A stretch of DNA of 64,000 bases, taken from contig CAZRGC010000005.1 in the NCBI GenBank assembly GCA_964599625.1, forward strand, positions 10,462 through 74,461. Reading direction: 5' to 3'. Both the position numbers and the translations under genes were made by a program. Every line of letters starts with the position of its first letter. Within the stretch, counting starts at the first letter, position 1. The notes beneath the pieces were generated by a model that saw only the letters and a program-made list of their open reading frames with translations, made no database searches and was not told where the DNA came from. The DNA is from an uncultured Gammaproteobacteria bacterium (lineage in GTDB: Bacteria; Patescibacteriota; Microgenomatia; UBA8517). Positions 16,151-24,898 of this stretch are shown piece by piece.

Positions 16151-17584
16151 ATGCTTGACCGAGCAACAGATCAGGAGCACCTAATCGCAAACGAAAATAT
16201 AAAAGTTCTCGAGAGCCAAATAAGGTCAGGTGCAACCGTCGAAAACACAAACAGAAAATCTCTGCAGGATCTCGCCACAAAAAGACTTACCAATTGGAAC
16301 ACCGCAGATACCCCGGAAGAAGATAAATCTAACACCGACTATCAATATTCAGAGTTGGTAAAAATATTCGGAGACGAAAGATTGAGAGAAGTTGTAAGCG
16401 GAGCGATTGCAGACCTGGTTGCAATTCCTGAGTACCACGTTTTAACGGGTGAATACTGGGAAAGTTCCGAGTATTCACCACAAAACCTTGGCAAAAAATG
16501 GAGACCGATCGAAAAAACTACACCAGAAGAAAATTCCAAAATGGCTGGAGATTTTGCATCAAACTTTTTACCAAGTAAAAATAGTTTCAGTAACTTTTCG
16601 TACTTAGATAAAAAATATAAGTCTCTGGGTCCCGAGAACGAATGGATGGAAAAAACATATAAATACACAAAGAACATTCTTTCCGCAATGTACAATATTT
16701 GCGAGGTAGTTAAACAAGGCGACGCCAAAACAGTTGCTGCAAAAATAGCTCTGGAAAAATTACCACCAGGTCTTGTTTCAAAATCATTGAGCAGACTTTT
16801 CTTTGAGACAGACGGGATAATGAACAGAAGATACAAGTTCGCAATAGGTGATGACGAAAATGACTGGTCGGGTGACGCATCTGAACGGGGCAAGCAATAC
16901 TTCGAAGAATGGCTACTCCCCGTTTTACCCGGACTTAAAAAAATTTATGAGGAGGTAAAACAAAGTGAAGATGCCGACAAAATGATTTGTATTTTTTTAG
17001 ACAGAGATGCCAGACCGCTTATGCATGCCTTCAAATCGTATATTGGCAACGTTGATTGTGTTCCCCTTATGGCAAACAGCATGATGCTGGAAAGAAGTCG
17101 CGAACTATATAGGAATGCAAGCCTCGAAATACAAGATCAAGATATATCAAACCCGGACCTTTGGACACAAAAAATAAACGAGAGGCTAGACAAAGCAGAA
17201 TCAGATGAAATGCTAAACATGAGAGAGATTTATGGAAAACTCCTTTTAAGAAATCGACTAAAGGGTAAAACTAGAGCCCTTGTTGTTGACATTGGCCACT
17301 ACGGAACTGGAGCAAGCGCGGTTTCTTATATTCTAAGTAAATCATTTCCCGAAACAACCTTTACGCCTGTGTTAGCTTATGGGGTAGATTCAGGAGAGCA
17401 TATCAGAACTGTGGCTCCAAATTCGTCCTCCTGGGGTGCAGAACTTTCACTTCCAAAGGCTGTGCACGGATTATTCATCGAAAATGGAAAGGCTAAATAC
17501 TTAAGAAACCGTGGGAAAACAGATTTCGAAAGAGACTTTTACAAAAGTATTATTTTGGAAGTCCGAAAACTAAGAACAAAGTAG
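16151..17584 (+). CDS. large hypothetical protein (477 aa)
   Basis: long clean ORF immediately downstream of the tRNA-Lys att-like repeat; no motif recognised. Confidence 0.6.
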   Translation: MLDRATDQEHLIANENIKVLESQIRSGATVENTNRKSLQDLATKRLTNWNTADTPEEDKSNTDYQYSELVKIFGDERLREVVSGAIADLVAIPEYHVLTGEYWESSEYSPQNLGKKWRPIEKTTPEENSKMAGDFASNFLPSKNSFSNFSYLDKKYKSLGPENEWMEKTYKYTKNILSAMYNICEVVKQGDAKTVAAKIALEKLPPGLVSKSLSRLFFETDGIMNRRYKFAIGDDENDWSGDASERGKQYFEEWLLPVLPGLKKIYEEVKQSEDADKMICIFLDRDARPLMHAFKSYIGNVDCVPLMANSMMLERSRELYRNASLEIQDQDISNPDLWTQKINERLDKAESDEMLNMREIYGKLLLRNRLKGKTRALVVDIGHYGTGASAVSYILSKSFPETTFTPVLAYGVDSGEHIRTVAPNSSSWGAELSLPKAVHGLFIENGKAKYLRNRGKTDFERDFYKSIILEVRKLRTK

Positions 17585-17590
17585 AAAAAC

Positions 17591-17761
17591 TCACTGCATG
17601 AAGTAGTAAGCCAAAAGAACAAGAAGTGCAATTCCTACAACAATTACTGCCGTCTTGTCAGTTTTGGTAGCCTTTTTACTGGCAACAGCAGCACTCGACC
17701 TCACAACCTTTCTGGATTTAGCCGTCTTCCTGGGAGCAGATTTGGATTTCTTTTTAGCCAT
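17591..17761 (-). CDS. small basic protein with C-terminal TM helix (56 aa), not in ORF track
   Basis: MAKKKSKSAPRKTAKSRKVVRSSAAVASKKATKTDKTAVIVVGIALLVLLAYYFMQ; convergent with 16151..17584. Confidence 0.35.
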   Translation of the reverse strand: MAKKKSKSAPRKTAKSRKVVRSSAAVASKKATKTDKTAVIVVGIALLVLLAYYFMQ

Positions 17762-17829
17762 ATAAATAATCTATATATTAAACTTAGAATATCCTTAAAA
17801 CCTATGCAATAGGCAATTTTTGAACAGAT

Positions 17830-17860
17830 TTGCAAATATCGTTTGCACAAGGTGTATAAT
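17830..17860 (+). promoter_or_regulatory. sigma70-like promoter TTGCAA-n19-TGTATAAT giving a leaderless transcript
   Basis: ATG at 17867 lies 6 nt after the -10 element. Confidence 0.45.
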
Positions 17861-17866
17861 ACCCAC

Positions 17867-18073
17867 ATGGCAAAAGACACAGAACCCAAAGTAGGAGTGA
17901 TAACCCGCATATATGGCGAGGAAAATAGAGATCATTTGGTTGGCCGCGGCATTGGCGCGAACGGAGATGGTTTTTCTAACAGAGATTTGGAACTAGATGA
18001 AGAAATGCAAGTAATTGTTACCTTGGACGACGACTCGATCGCACGCCCCGCACCACCCGAGGAAAAAAAGTAA
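17867..18073 (+). CDS. small acidic protein (68 aa), probably leaderless
   Basis: MAKDTEPKVGVITRIYGEEN...; start chosen from promoter position (ORF track begins 17843). Confidence 0.4.
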   Translation: MAKDTEPKVGVITRIYGEENRDHLVGRGIGANGDGFSNRDLELDEEMQVIVTLDDDSIARPAPPEEKK

Positions 18074-18081
18074 AACCGGGT

Positions 18082-18306
18082 TTATTTAACTCTCCCCCCG
18101 CCAGACTCACCTTCCTGGCCCTCACGATGTTTTCTCAATATCTCAGCAACTCTGTCGGTCAAGTTTGATTCCCGTTCTCTTTGTTTTCTCCTTTTGATCA
18201 GAAGATTATTTGTCAAAGCATCCACCACTTCCCCGGTAGAGCCCTTTGTGGCTCCGCTTTCCGTCTTTTCCACCTCTGTTAGCTCTTTTTGTTTAATCGG
18301 TGACAT
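18082..18306 (-). CDS. small basic protein (74 aa)
   Basis: ORF convergent with 17867..18073. Confidence 0.35.
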   Translation of the reverse strand: MSPIKQKELTEVEKTESGATKGSTGEVVDALTNNLLIKRRKQRERESNLTDRVAEILRKHREGQEGESGGGRVK

Positions 18307-18341
18307 GGCAAAATTCTAACACAAACTACAATCTTAAGTGA

Positions 18342-19076
18342 TTATTTTGCAGGGGGTTCATCCAAAAAAACCTGAGGAAGCTGGTACAAGTCAAACGCTG
18401 TTATTCCCTGCATTTCTGCATCTTTCATCGCAATTTTCATAATCAACCTGTCAAACAATTGGTCCTTGGGAAACACTTCAGGCACAGGTCTTGATGAATC
18501 ACCTTCACCACCACTTTGAAATTTATTAAAAGTGTATATTCGGTCTTCGTTTTTGGACGGGGTAATCACCATTTTACCGATCTTCACTTTCTCCTGAAAT
18601 TGTCTATATGTTGGGTCCACAGTCCACCACTCGGATTCACTTTTGGCTTTGAATCTCAATATATAGTGAGGCATGGATTTGCTTGCAGTTTTCTCGTCCT
18701 CTCCAAGATCCATGTTGTTTGTGGAAACATGCACAACTTCAATATCAACATTATCTCCGTACTTAACTATTAGTGCCTGTTCAAGCGAAGCAACGGCAAT
18801 CGTACACATCCCGCTTCCTGTAAAATTTCCTTCAGACTTACCTACACTCATTTTGAATAATTTAGCCTCACTTTCCCCAACTACAGTCTTAGTTCTATCT
18901 TCTAGCGAAACTATTTGGGTATACCCAGAGTCCATTTTGTCAGCAATTTCCTGAAGTTTGTCCGAAAAAGGCTTTTCGTAGGACCTTATCCAATGAGCAA
19001 TCTGAGTATTTGAGGGGTTTTCGGGAGCTACCATTGCCTCGATCGGGGTATCCAATACTGGTTCTGCCATTATCAA
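18342..19076 (-). CDS. hypothetical protein (244 aa)
   Basis: ORF; GSGMCTIAVASLEQA segment of unknown significance. Confidence 0.55.
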   Translation of the reverse strand: MIMAEPVLDTPIEAMVAPENPSNTQIAHWIRSYEKPFSDKLQEIADKMDSGYTQIVSLEDRTKTVVGESEAKLFKMSVGKSEGNFTGSGMCTIAVASLEQALIVKYGDNVDIEVVHVSTNNMDLGEDEKTASKSMPHYILRFKAKSESEWWTVDPTYRQFQEKVKIGKMVITPSKNEDRIYTFNKFQSGGEGDSSRPVPEVFPKDQLFDRLIMKIAMKDAEMQGITAFDLYQLPQVFLDEPPAK

Positions 19077-19257
19077 ATTCTACACCATACTCCGTGACCA
19101 TCCCAGATAGCCGTTCTTCATGATAAAATAGCCTTGTCTTGTGGTTCTTTTGTGTGTTTCACCAAAATTCTGCAAGAATTTTGAGAGGAGAAACGATGAA
19201 GCGGTAGGGTTTAAGCGTAAGCGGTAAACCCGTCAGCGGAATCCGTTTCGACGACAT

Positions 19258-19328
19258 TGGGGGATCGTCTAATGGTAGGACAGCAGCCTTTGGAGCTGTG
19301 AATTGGGGTTCGAATCCCTGTCCCCCAG
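19258..19328 (+). tRNA. tRNA-Gln (anticodon TTG)
   Basis: acceptor TGGGGGA/TCCCCCA (U1-A72 typical of bacterial tRNA-Gln), D-arm GTCT-AATGGTA-GGAC, anticodon loop CTTTGGA, T-arm TGGGG-TTCGAAT-CCCTG. Confidence 0.85.
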
Positions 19329-19393
19329 CTCGCAGACTCGCTGTTGTTCAGTGATTCGATAGTGCGAAAAATGGAATCTAATACTTTGCACGG

Positions 19394-19410
19394 CGAATCC
19401 CTGTCCCCCA
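19394..19410 (+). repeat. 17-nt exact direct repeat of tRNA-Gln 3' end (CGAATCCCTGTCCCCCA)
   Basis: identical to 19311..19327, 66 nt downstream of tRNA; att-like scar. Confidence 0.5.
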
Positions 19411-19438
19411 ACACTTCGGCAAGCTCAGTGCAAACAAT

Positions 19439-20368
19439 TTACTTTCTATTTTTCTCTAAATAGTTTGTATACCAACTGTAATTTTTGCCAAATAATTTTG
19501 TGGTTAGCTCAATTGCCAGCTCCGCTGTTTTTCCGCCAATATCTTGGAGTGGGTTATATTCCACCACATCTATTCCAATAACATTGGATTTCTTACCGAT
19601 ATATTCACATATCGCAGCCACCTCTCTGTAAGTTAACCCTCCCATGTTGGGCATTCCGGCTCCTGGTGCGTATATGGAGTCAATAACGTCCAGATCCAAA
19701 CTAACCCAAACATTTTTGCTGGCGGTGCTCAGTTCTTCAATTTTTTTGAATAACGGCAAAAGCCCAGTCGCCAATATATCAGTAATTTTGTACATAGACA
19801 GTCCCTCCTTATCAATTAATTCAATTTCACCTGGGTCCAAGTCACACCCACCAATATGCAAAAGTTTTTCTTTTTTAAGTTTTATTGATTTACCCAAAAC
19901 CTCAACCAATCTTTTGTCCCCAAAGCCCATCAAAGAAGCCAGATGCATTCCGTGTATGTTTCCTGTTACCGTAGTTTTGTCTGTATTCATATCCCCATGT
20001 GCATCCAAATAAATAAGTCCAATATCTCCTTTTTTCGCAACCGAAGCTCCCGATATTGTTCCCAAGCTCATGGAGTGATCTCCTCCGAGTGCGATTACTT
20101 TTTTATTTTTGATTATCAAATCATGAACCACTTTTGCACTGGATTCGGACACACGAAGTATCTCTTCAAGATATTTTAGTTTAGGATTTCCGACTTTAAG
20201 TTTTTCCCTACTGACACAACTAATGTTGCCCGCATCAGATACCCTAAAGCCTGAAGCTTCAAGTTTTTCTTTTATATTTTGGTACCTTATTGCATTAGGG
20301 CCGATATCTACCCCAAGATTTTCCGCGCCAAGGTCTAATGGAATTCCCAAAATCGTTGCGTCAATCAT
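19439..20368 (-). CDS. arginase/agmatinase family ureohydrolase
   Basis: motifs GGDHS, DAHGD, SLDLDVID; adjacent to spermidine synthase. Confidence 0.8.
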   Translation of the reverse strand: MIDATILGIPLDLGAENLGVDIGPNAIRYQNIKEKLEASGFRVSDAGNISCVSREKLKVGNPKLKYLEEILRVSESSAKVVHDLIIKNKKVIALGGDHSMSLGTISGASVAKKGDIGLIYLDAHGDMNTDKTTVTGNIHGMHLASLMGFGDKRLVEVLGKSIKLKKEKLLHIGGCDLDPGEIELIDKEGLSMYKITDILATGLLPLFKKIEELSTASKNVWVSLDLDVIDSIYAPGAGMPNMGGLTYREVAAICEYIGKKSNVIGIDVVEYNPLQDIGGKTAELAIELTTKLFGKNYSWYTNYLEKNRK

Positions 20369-20387
20369 ATCCGAATATAATCCCAGA

Positions 20388-21848
20388 TTAATAAATAGAC
20401 ATCAAGTAGTCAGTTGGGGCATAGTTGTCTGTAGCCAATACACCGTTGCCATAATCTAATTCAATTTTGTTCTTTAAATATCCGGCAATTTCCGGGTCCA
20501 AAGATTTTGGAACAGTTGTTTTATTTTTGGAAGCAACCAACATTATGTTCTGAACAAAATCATCAGGAGTATCGGTTACTTTAAAAATGTGAACATTTCC
20601 AAAAACCTGATTGTATACCTTTGCCTGACTTGCCAAGATTTTGCTTTTTGGCCCACTAACTGCAGACAAAATGTTTACCATCACCACCCCGTCACCAACC
20701 AAACCACTGTGTATTTTTTCAACAGCTTCCAGTGTTGTAAGTTGGTGCGGAATAACTTTTGAATTGAAGGCATCAACATATATTGCATCGTATTCTGCAG
20801 TATTCCTGTTCAAAAAAATTCTACCATCGTCCACTATCGGCCTTATTCTTTCGTCATCGCGAAAGTGAAAATATTCTTTTGCAATTGGAACAATATCCGG
20901 ATCAATATCCACGACATCAATCGTGGATTCGGGCAAACGTCTCACAAAATCTTTCGGAAACGCGTAAACTCCGCCTCCAATCATGAGAGCTTTTTTGATG
21001 TCTTCCTTAAATGCTTTGTCCAAGCGGTAATACTTTAGATAGCCAAAAACCAAATCATTATCGTTATCGGTGAAAGCTGCTCCTTGCAAAGTGAATGCGT
21101 CTGATTGCAGCGCAACAATGGGCCTGCCTCCGCCAGAAAAATTTATTACCTTGTATCTGTTATAAGGAGTGTTCAACTCAACACATCCACAATCTACTTC
21201 AGACATCTTACCCAAAGCAATCAAAAGACCTATTCCAACCAAAGCCAAAAGGGTGTTTTTAGCATTGTCAGGTGTTTTGTGAATAACCAAAGACAACAAA
21301 ATAGTCACAATAAACAAACCAAAAAGTATCTCACTTGTTCCAATATTGGGAACAAGAACGAATCCTGCCAGAAAAGTTCCAACAATGCTTCCAATAGTAG
21401 ACAAGGCATATAAATTTCCTACAACGGTTGCAGAAATTTTGCCGTTCAATGCCTTCAACTTAACAGCGTATGGGGAGATCATCGCCAATAAAAAACTTAC
21501 AGGCCCAAAAACAAAAACTGAAGTAACAGATATTCCAAACATCCCAAATTGATAAATCGAAGTGATTCTAGGCAAAACAAACTTGTCCCAAAGACCAACA
21601 GCGGCAATTCCCAAAGCCGACAAAAAAATTATGCTTGCGAATTGCGCAACACTTGGATTTTTGTCAGCTAGTCTGCCACCATATCTGTATCCCAAACTCA
21701 AACTTGCCAGCACAACACCAATTAGTGAAGTCCAAACTATAACTGTAGTTCCAAAATAAGGAGCCAAAACGCGAGATCCCAAAATTTCAACAACCATTAC
21801 AGCGAAACCGCACCAAAAAACCGCAAGCTCAACAAAATACTTTTTCAC
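20388..21848 (-). CDS. membrane-fused spermidine synthase (polyamine aminopropyltransferase) with N-terminal multi-TM domain
   Basis: N-terminal 7-8 TM helices; C-terminal MIGGGVYAFPKDF, VVDIDPDIV, YDAIYVDAF spermidine synthase motifs. Confidence 0.7.
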   Translation of the reverse strand: MKKYFVELAVFWCGFAVMVVEILGSRVLAPYFGTTVIVWTSLIGVVLASLSLGYRYGGRLADKNPSVAQFASIIFLSALGIAAVGLWDKFVLPRITSIYQFGMFGISVTSVFVFGPVSFLLAMISPYAVKLKALNGKISATVVGNLYALSTIGSIVGTFLAGFVLVPNIGTSEILFGLFIVTILLSLVIHKTPDNAKNTLLALVGIGLLIALGKMSEVDCGCVELNTPYNRYKVINFSGGGRPIVALQSDAFTLQGAAFTDNDNDLVFGYLKYYRLDKAFKEDIKKALMIGGGVYAFPKDFVRRLPESTIDVVDIDPDIVPIAKEYFHFRDDERIRPIVDDGRIFLNRNTAEYDAIYVDAFNSKVIPHQLTTLEAVEKIHSGLVGDGVVMVNILSAVSGPKSKILASQAKVYNQVFGNVHIFKVTDTPDDFVQNIMLVASKNKTTVPKSLDPEIAGYLKNKIELDYGNGVLATDNYAPTDYLMSIY

Positions 21849-21881
21849 TATTCAATATAATAACACCCCAACACCCCAGAC

Positions 21882-22484
21882 ATGTCTCTGTGCGTGCATC
21901 ACATGCCCGATGCGAATATAATATGCTTACGAATGTATAAATATAAATCTGTCATTGCACTGGCTGCACTTTTATCTTCAACGCTCGGAATATTTCTTAT
22001 TTCAGATGTAAGAAAGTCAGAAAAAGAAGCGTTCAAACTGTACAAAACAGAAACGGGTCACGGAATTGTAATGGGGCCGGAACCGTGTGTATGGGAGGTA
22101 ACTGCTCCCGAAAAAGTAATTTCAGAAAACAAAACTTTTTCCGTTACCATAAACACAAAAAATATTAGCGGCACTCCATGCGAGTCGTTAATTTCACTCA
22201 GGGCTCCCGGTTTTGATATAAGTCCAAACAAAGAATCCCAAAAAGTAACTCTGGACATGGAGAAGTCAGGGGCAATCTCCTGGATACTTTCCCCCAGGAA
22301 AGTGGGTGTATATGAAATTGCAGTAACCGATGACATAAACACAGAAACTTTTGGAATAAGTGTAAAAAACATAATGGGACTATCAGCTTGGCAGGCGCAA
22401 ATTGCGGGGGGAATTGGAACGCTTTTTGGCCCAATGCTTACTATCCCCTGGTGGTGGGACAGATTCAAAAAGAAAAAAAAGTGA
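21882..22484 (+). CDS. hypothetical membrane-anchored/secreted protein (200 aa)
   Basis: N-terminal TM/signal VIALAALLSSTLGIFLI; TATAAT at 21856; true start uncertain. Confidence 0.5.
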   Translation: MSLCVHHMPDANIICLRMYKYKSVIALAALLSSTLGIFLISDVRKSEKEAFKLYKTETGHGIVMGPEPCVWEVTAPEKVISENKTFSVTINTKNISGTPCESLISLRAPGFDISPNKESQKVTLDMEKSGAISWILSPRKVGVYEIAVTDDINTETFGISVKNIMGLSAWQAQIAGGIGTLFGPMLTIPWWWDRFKKKKK

Positions 22485-22510
22485 ATCTTAATAAAATTCT
22501 ACAACAAAAG

Positions 22511-22936
22511 ATGTCAGATACAGACGTTGCTGTGGCATGCATTATTCGGAATGATGAATTGTTGATTGGGCTACGCAACTACACCGCAGATGTTTGGAAA
22601 GATATTTCTATTTGGACAATTCCGGGTGGAAGATGCAGTCCTCAAGAAACACTTGAAAAAACAATCCAACGAGAAGTCATGGAGGAGGTTGGGATTGGTA
22701 ACCTCCAAATATTAAGTTATCTTGGAAAGGTACCAGGAACAAAAGACAATGATGTTGTGCATATTTTTGTGTGTTCAACAAAAGAAGAACCAAAACTTAT
22801 GGAACCGGAAAAGTTCAGTGAATGGAAATGGTGTGACATAAACAAAATTCCAAAAAACTTCATTAATCCAAAAGGACTTAGAGTTCTCAAGAAACATCTG
22901 AGCAGTCCAAATATCTCCCATAGTTTTGACACTTAA
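22511..22936 (+). CDS. NUDIX hydrolase
   Basis: Nudix box IPGGRCSPQETLEKTIQREVMEEVGI; start at MSDTDV (ATG 22511). Confidence 0.75.
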   Translation: MSDTDVAVACIIRNDELLIGLRNYTADVWKDISIWTIPGGRCSPQETLEKTIQREVMEEVGIGNLQILSYLGKVPGTKDNDVVHIFVCSTKEEPKLMEPEKFSEWKWCDINKIPKNFINPKGLRVLKKHLSSPNISHSFDT

Positions 22937-22954
22937 ACTCATCTCCTGTAAAAT
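22917..22954 (+). promoter_or_regulatory. promoter copy 1: TTGACA-n17-TAAAAT, overlapping the last codons of the NUDIX gene
   Basis: 25-nt block CCCATAGTTTTGACACTTAAACTCA identical to 23494..23518. Confidence 0.5.
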
Positions 22955-22989
22955 TCGCCTGTAGAAATTCTTTAACAAGGAAGGTAATA

Positions 22990-23430
22990 GTGGAAACATT
23001 ATCACTCTCTAAAGTCTATGAACGGGACTGGATGAAAATCAAAAGCAAAGCTGTCTACACCGGGCAACTGCTTACAATCGAGGATTATTACGACTTTGGC
23101 GGCAGAGCTTTGACAACCGGCGGTTTTGACAATTTCATGCCTGGAGATTTTCTGATCCGCGATGGTCACGACGGCTGGATTCTCAGATCCGACCTGGCAA
23201 AAATCCATTACGAATCACGCAAAGGAAGCAAAGAGGGCCTCTTTGAGTTCACCCCCAAGGCTACACTTTTTGGGCTTATGCTGGCAGAGGAAACAGAGAT
23301 CCAACAACTTTACGGCCCGTCTGTGGTCGCCAAAGCAGGCACTTATGTCATAACAGACAAAGTGAATTTTCTGCTGGTTGTGTCCCTGGACACTTTTAGC
23401 GCTTCCTACGAAGTAATCAAGTCACATTAA
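22990..23430 (+). CDS. hypothetical protein (146 aa, GTG start)
   Basis: ORF begins GTG with AAGG 5 nt upstream. Confidence 0.5.
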   Translation: METLSLSKVYERDWMKIKSKAVYTGQLLTIEDYYDFGGRALTTGGFDNFMPGDFLIRDGHDGWILRSDLAKIHYESRKGSKEGLFEFTPKATLFGLMLAEETEIQQLYGPSVVAKAGTYVITDKVNFLLVVSLDTFSASYEVIKSH

Positions 23431-23445
23431 GTTGCTCGCCGCCTG

Positions 23446-23488
23446 AAGGTTGAATATTAACCTCAGGCGGTTTTTTGTGTATTCCCAT
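23446..23488 (+). terminator. intrinsic terminator (CCGCCTGAAGG...CCTCAGGCGG + TTTTTTGTG)
   Basis: hairpin + T6 after stop of 22990..23430. Confidence 0.65.
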
Positions 23489-23493
23489 AGTTT

Positions 23494-23532
23494 TGACACT
23501 TAAACTCACTCCAAGGTATAATCCCCCAGTTA
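23494..23532 (+). promoter_or_regulatory. promoter copy 2: TTGACA-n18-TATAAT for the NAPRTase gene
   Basis: consensus -35/-10; identical 25-nt block to copy 1. Confidence 0.6.
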
Positions 23533-23571
23533 GTTCTAGTTCTTTGATTCATCAAAACAAGGAGATATGGT

Positions 23572-24774
23572 ATGAGATCAAACTCAAAACCTATCATCAA
23601 AACCAGATGGGAAACCGATGCTTACAAACTGAGCATGGGCATGATCTTCTGGTTATTTTTCAAACACGTTTTCGCTCGATATGTGTTTGTAGACAGACTC
23701 AATCTCCCATATGTGCCTGGCTTGGCCGAGAGGATGCGCGAGCAAGTGAAAATGGTTGCCACCTTGCCTCCCCACATGGACCGCGCCGAATTCGTAAAAC
23801 GGAAATGGCCGTTCATCCTGTGGAGGTTTCTGGTTTGGTACGCCAATCTCAGATTCAACCCCGACCAGGTGAAAATCTCAGTAGTCAACGGAAGGCTTTC
23901 GATAATTGTAGAGGGTCCTATATACGAGGCAACTCACTGGGAAATCATGCTTTTGCGCATTCATTCCAGTCTCTATACGGAGATGACCGGAAGGACCCCC
24001 AAACCTGGCTGGCGCGAAGAAGCAATTGCGCACTCACGCTTTTTCTTTGAACATAGCGTGGCCTATGTCGAAGGTGGCGGACGCCGTCCGTTTTCCCCCG
24101 AGGTACACTGGGACGCGTTAACCGCATACTTCACCTATCCGCAAATCGAAAAAGGCAAAGGTGGAATCATGGGCACATCATTTATCGAGTATGCATTTCA
24201 GCTCGAAGTAATGATGTTTGGAACCCAAGCGCATGAATACGGTTCCTTCATGGGTGCTTTTTTTGGCCATGAGAATGCCAATGAAAAAGCCTTGGAGTAT
24301 TGGGTCAAAGTTTACGGCAATCAATTGGGATATGTGTTACCAGACACCTACACAACCGAGAAGTTCTTGGAAGCGTTCGTGCGTGGATATGCCATACTCT
24401 TTAGCGGCGGCCGACAAGACTCTGGAGACCCATACAAGTTTACCAACATGTTTATAGGCCACTACCGAAGTGAAGGCATCGAGGTAGATCCAACAAGCAA
24501 GAGCATCGTTTACAGCAATTCTTTGAGAAACGATGATGAAATCCTGCGTCTCAACGAGTACAAACTCGGTGAGTATATAAGGTCATTCCTGTTTGGCGGC
24601 CTCATCACCAACAACGTTGGGTACGATGCCTACAACACAGTGCTCAAGCTTTTTGCCATATGGTTGGTCGGCGAGCCCGAACACCTTGCTGTCAAACTCT
24701 CGGATGATCCAAGAAAATCCGTAGGCGACCCCCAAGAAATCATTGTGGCACGCCAAAAAGTCGGCATCACCTAA
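23572..24774 (+). CDS. pncB: nicotinate phosphoribosyltransferase (NAPRTase family)
   Basis: N-terminal TDAYKLSM, FGTQAHE (GTxAH) and GGRQDSGDP (RxDSGD) motifs; 400 aa; GC-richer than flanks. Confidence 0.7.
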   Translation: MRSNSKPIIKTRWETDAYKLSMGMIFWLFFKHVFARYVFVDRLNLPYVPGLAERMREQVKMVATLPPHMDRAEFVKRKWPFILWRFLVWYANLRFNPDQVKISVVNGRLSIIVEGPIYEATHWEIMLLRIHSSLYTEMTGRTPKPGWREEAIAHSRFFFEHSVAYVEGGGRRPFSPEVHWDALTAYFTYPQIEKGKGGIMGTSFIEYAFQLEVMMFGTQAHEYGSFMGAFFGHENANEKALEYWVKVYGNQLGYVLPDTYTTEKFLEAFVRGYAILFSGGRQDSGDPYKFTNMFIGHYRSEGIEVDPTSKSIVYSNSLRNDDEILRLNEYKLGEYIRSFLFGGLITNNVGYDAYNTVLKLFAIWLVGEPEHLAVKLSDDPRKSVGDPQEIIVARQKVGIT

Positions 24775-24797
24775 AGCGAAAACAGTTAGTCAACCCA

Positions 24798-24838
24798 ACC
24801 TGGAGAAAGGATATTAAGCCCCTCCAGGTTTTTTTGTG
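24798..24838 (+). terminator. intrinsic terminator (CCTGGAG...CCTCCAGG + TTTTTTTGTGGGG)
   Basis: hairpin + T8 after pncB stop. Confidence 0.65.
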
Positions 24839-24898
24839 GGGAAAAAACTTAAATATACTTAAACCCTATAATAAATATTTGTGCTATAATTCCCCTTT

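Noticed and set aside
15664-16180. Minus-strand ORFs 15664..15915 and 15824..16180 from the six-frame track
   Set aside because: They run antisense through tRNA-Glu, the structured spacer and tRNA-Lys. They are artefacts of the GC-rich tRNA sequence.
19211-19414. Minus-strand ORF 19211..19414 (67 aa)
   Set aside because: It is antisense to tRNA-Gln and its repeated 3' end, so it is not coding.
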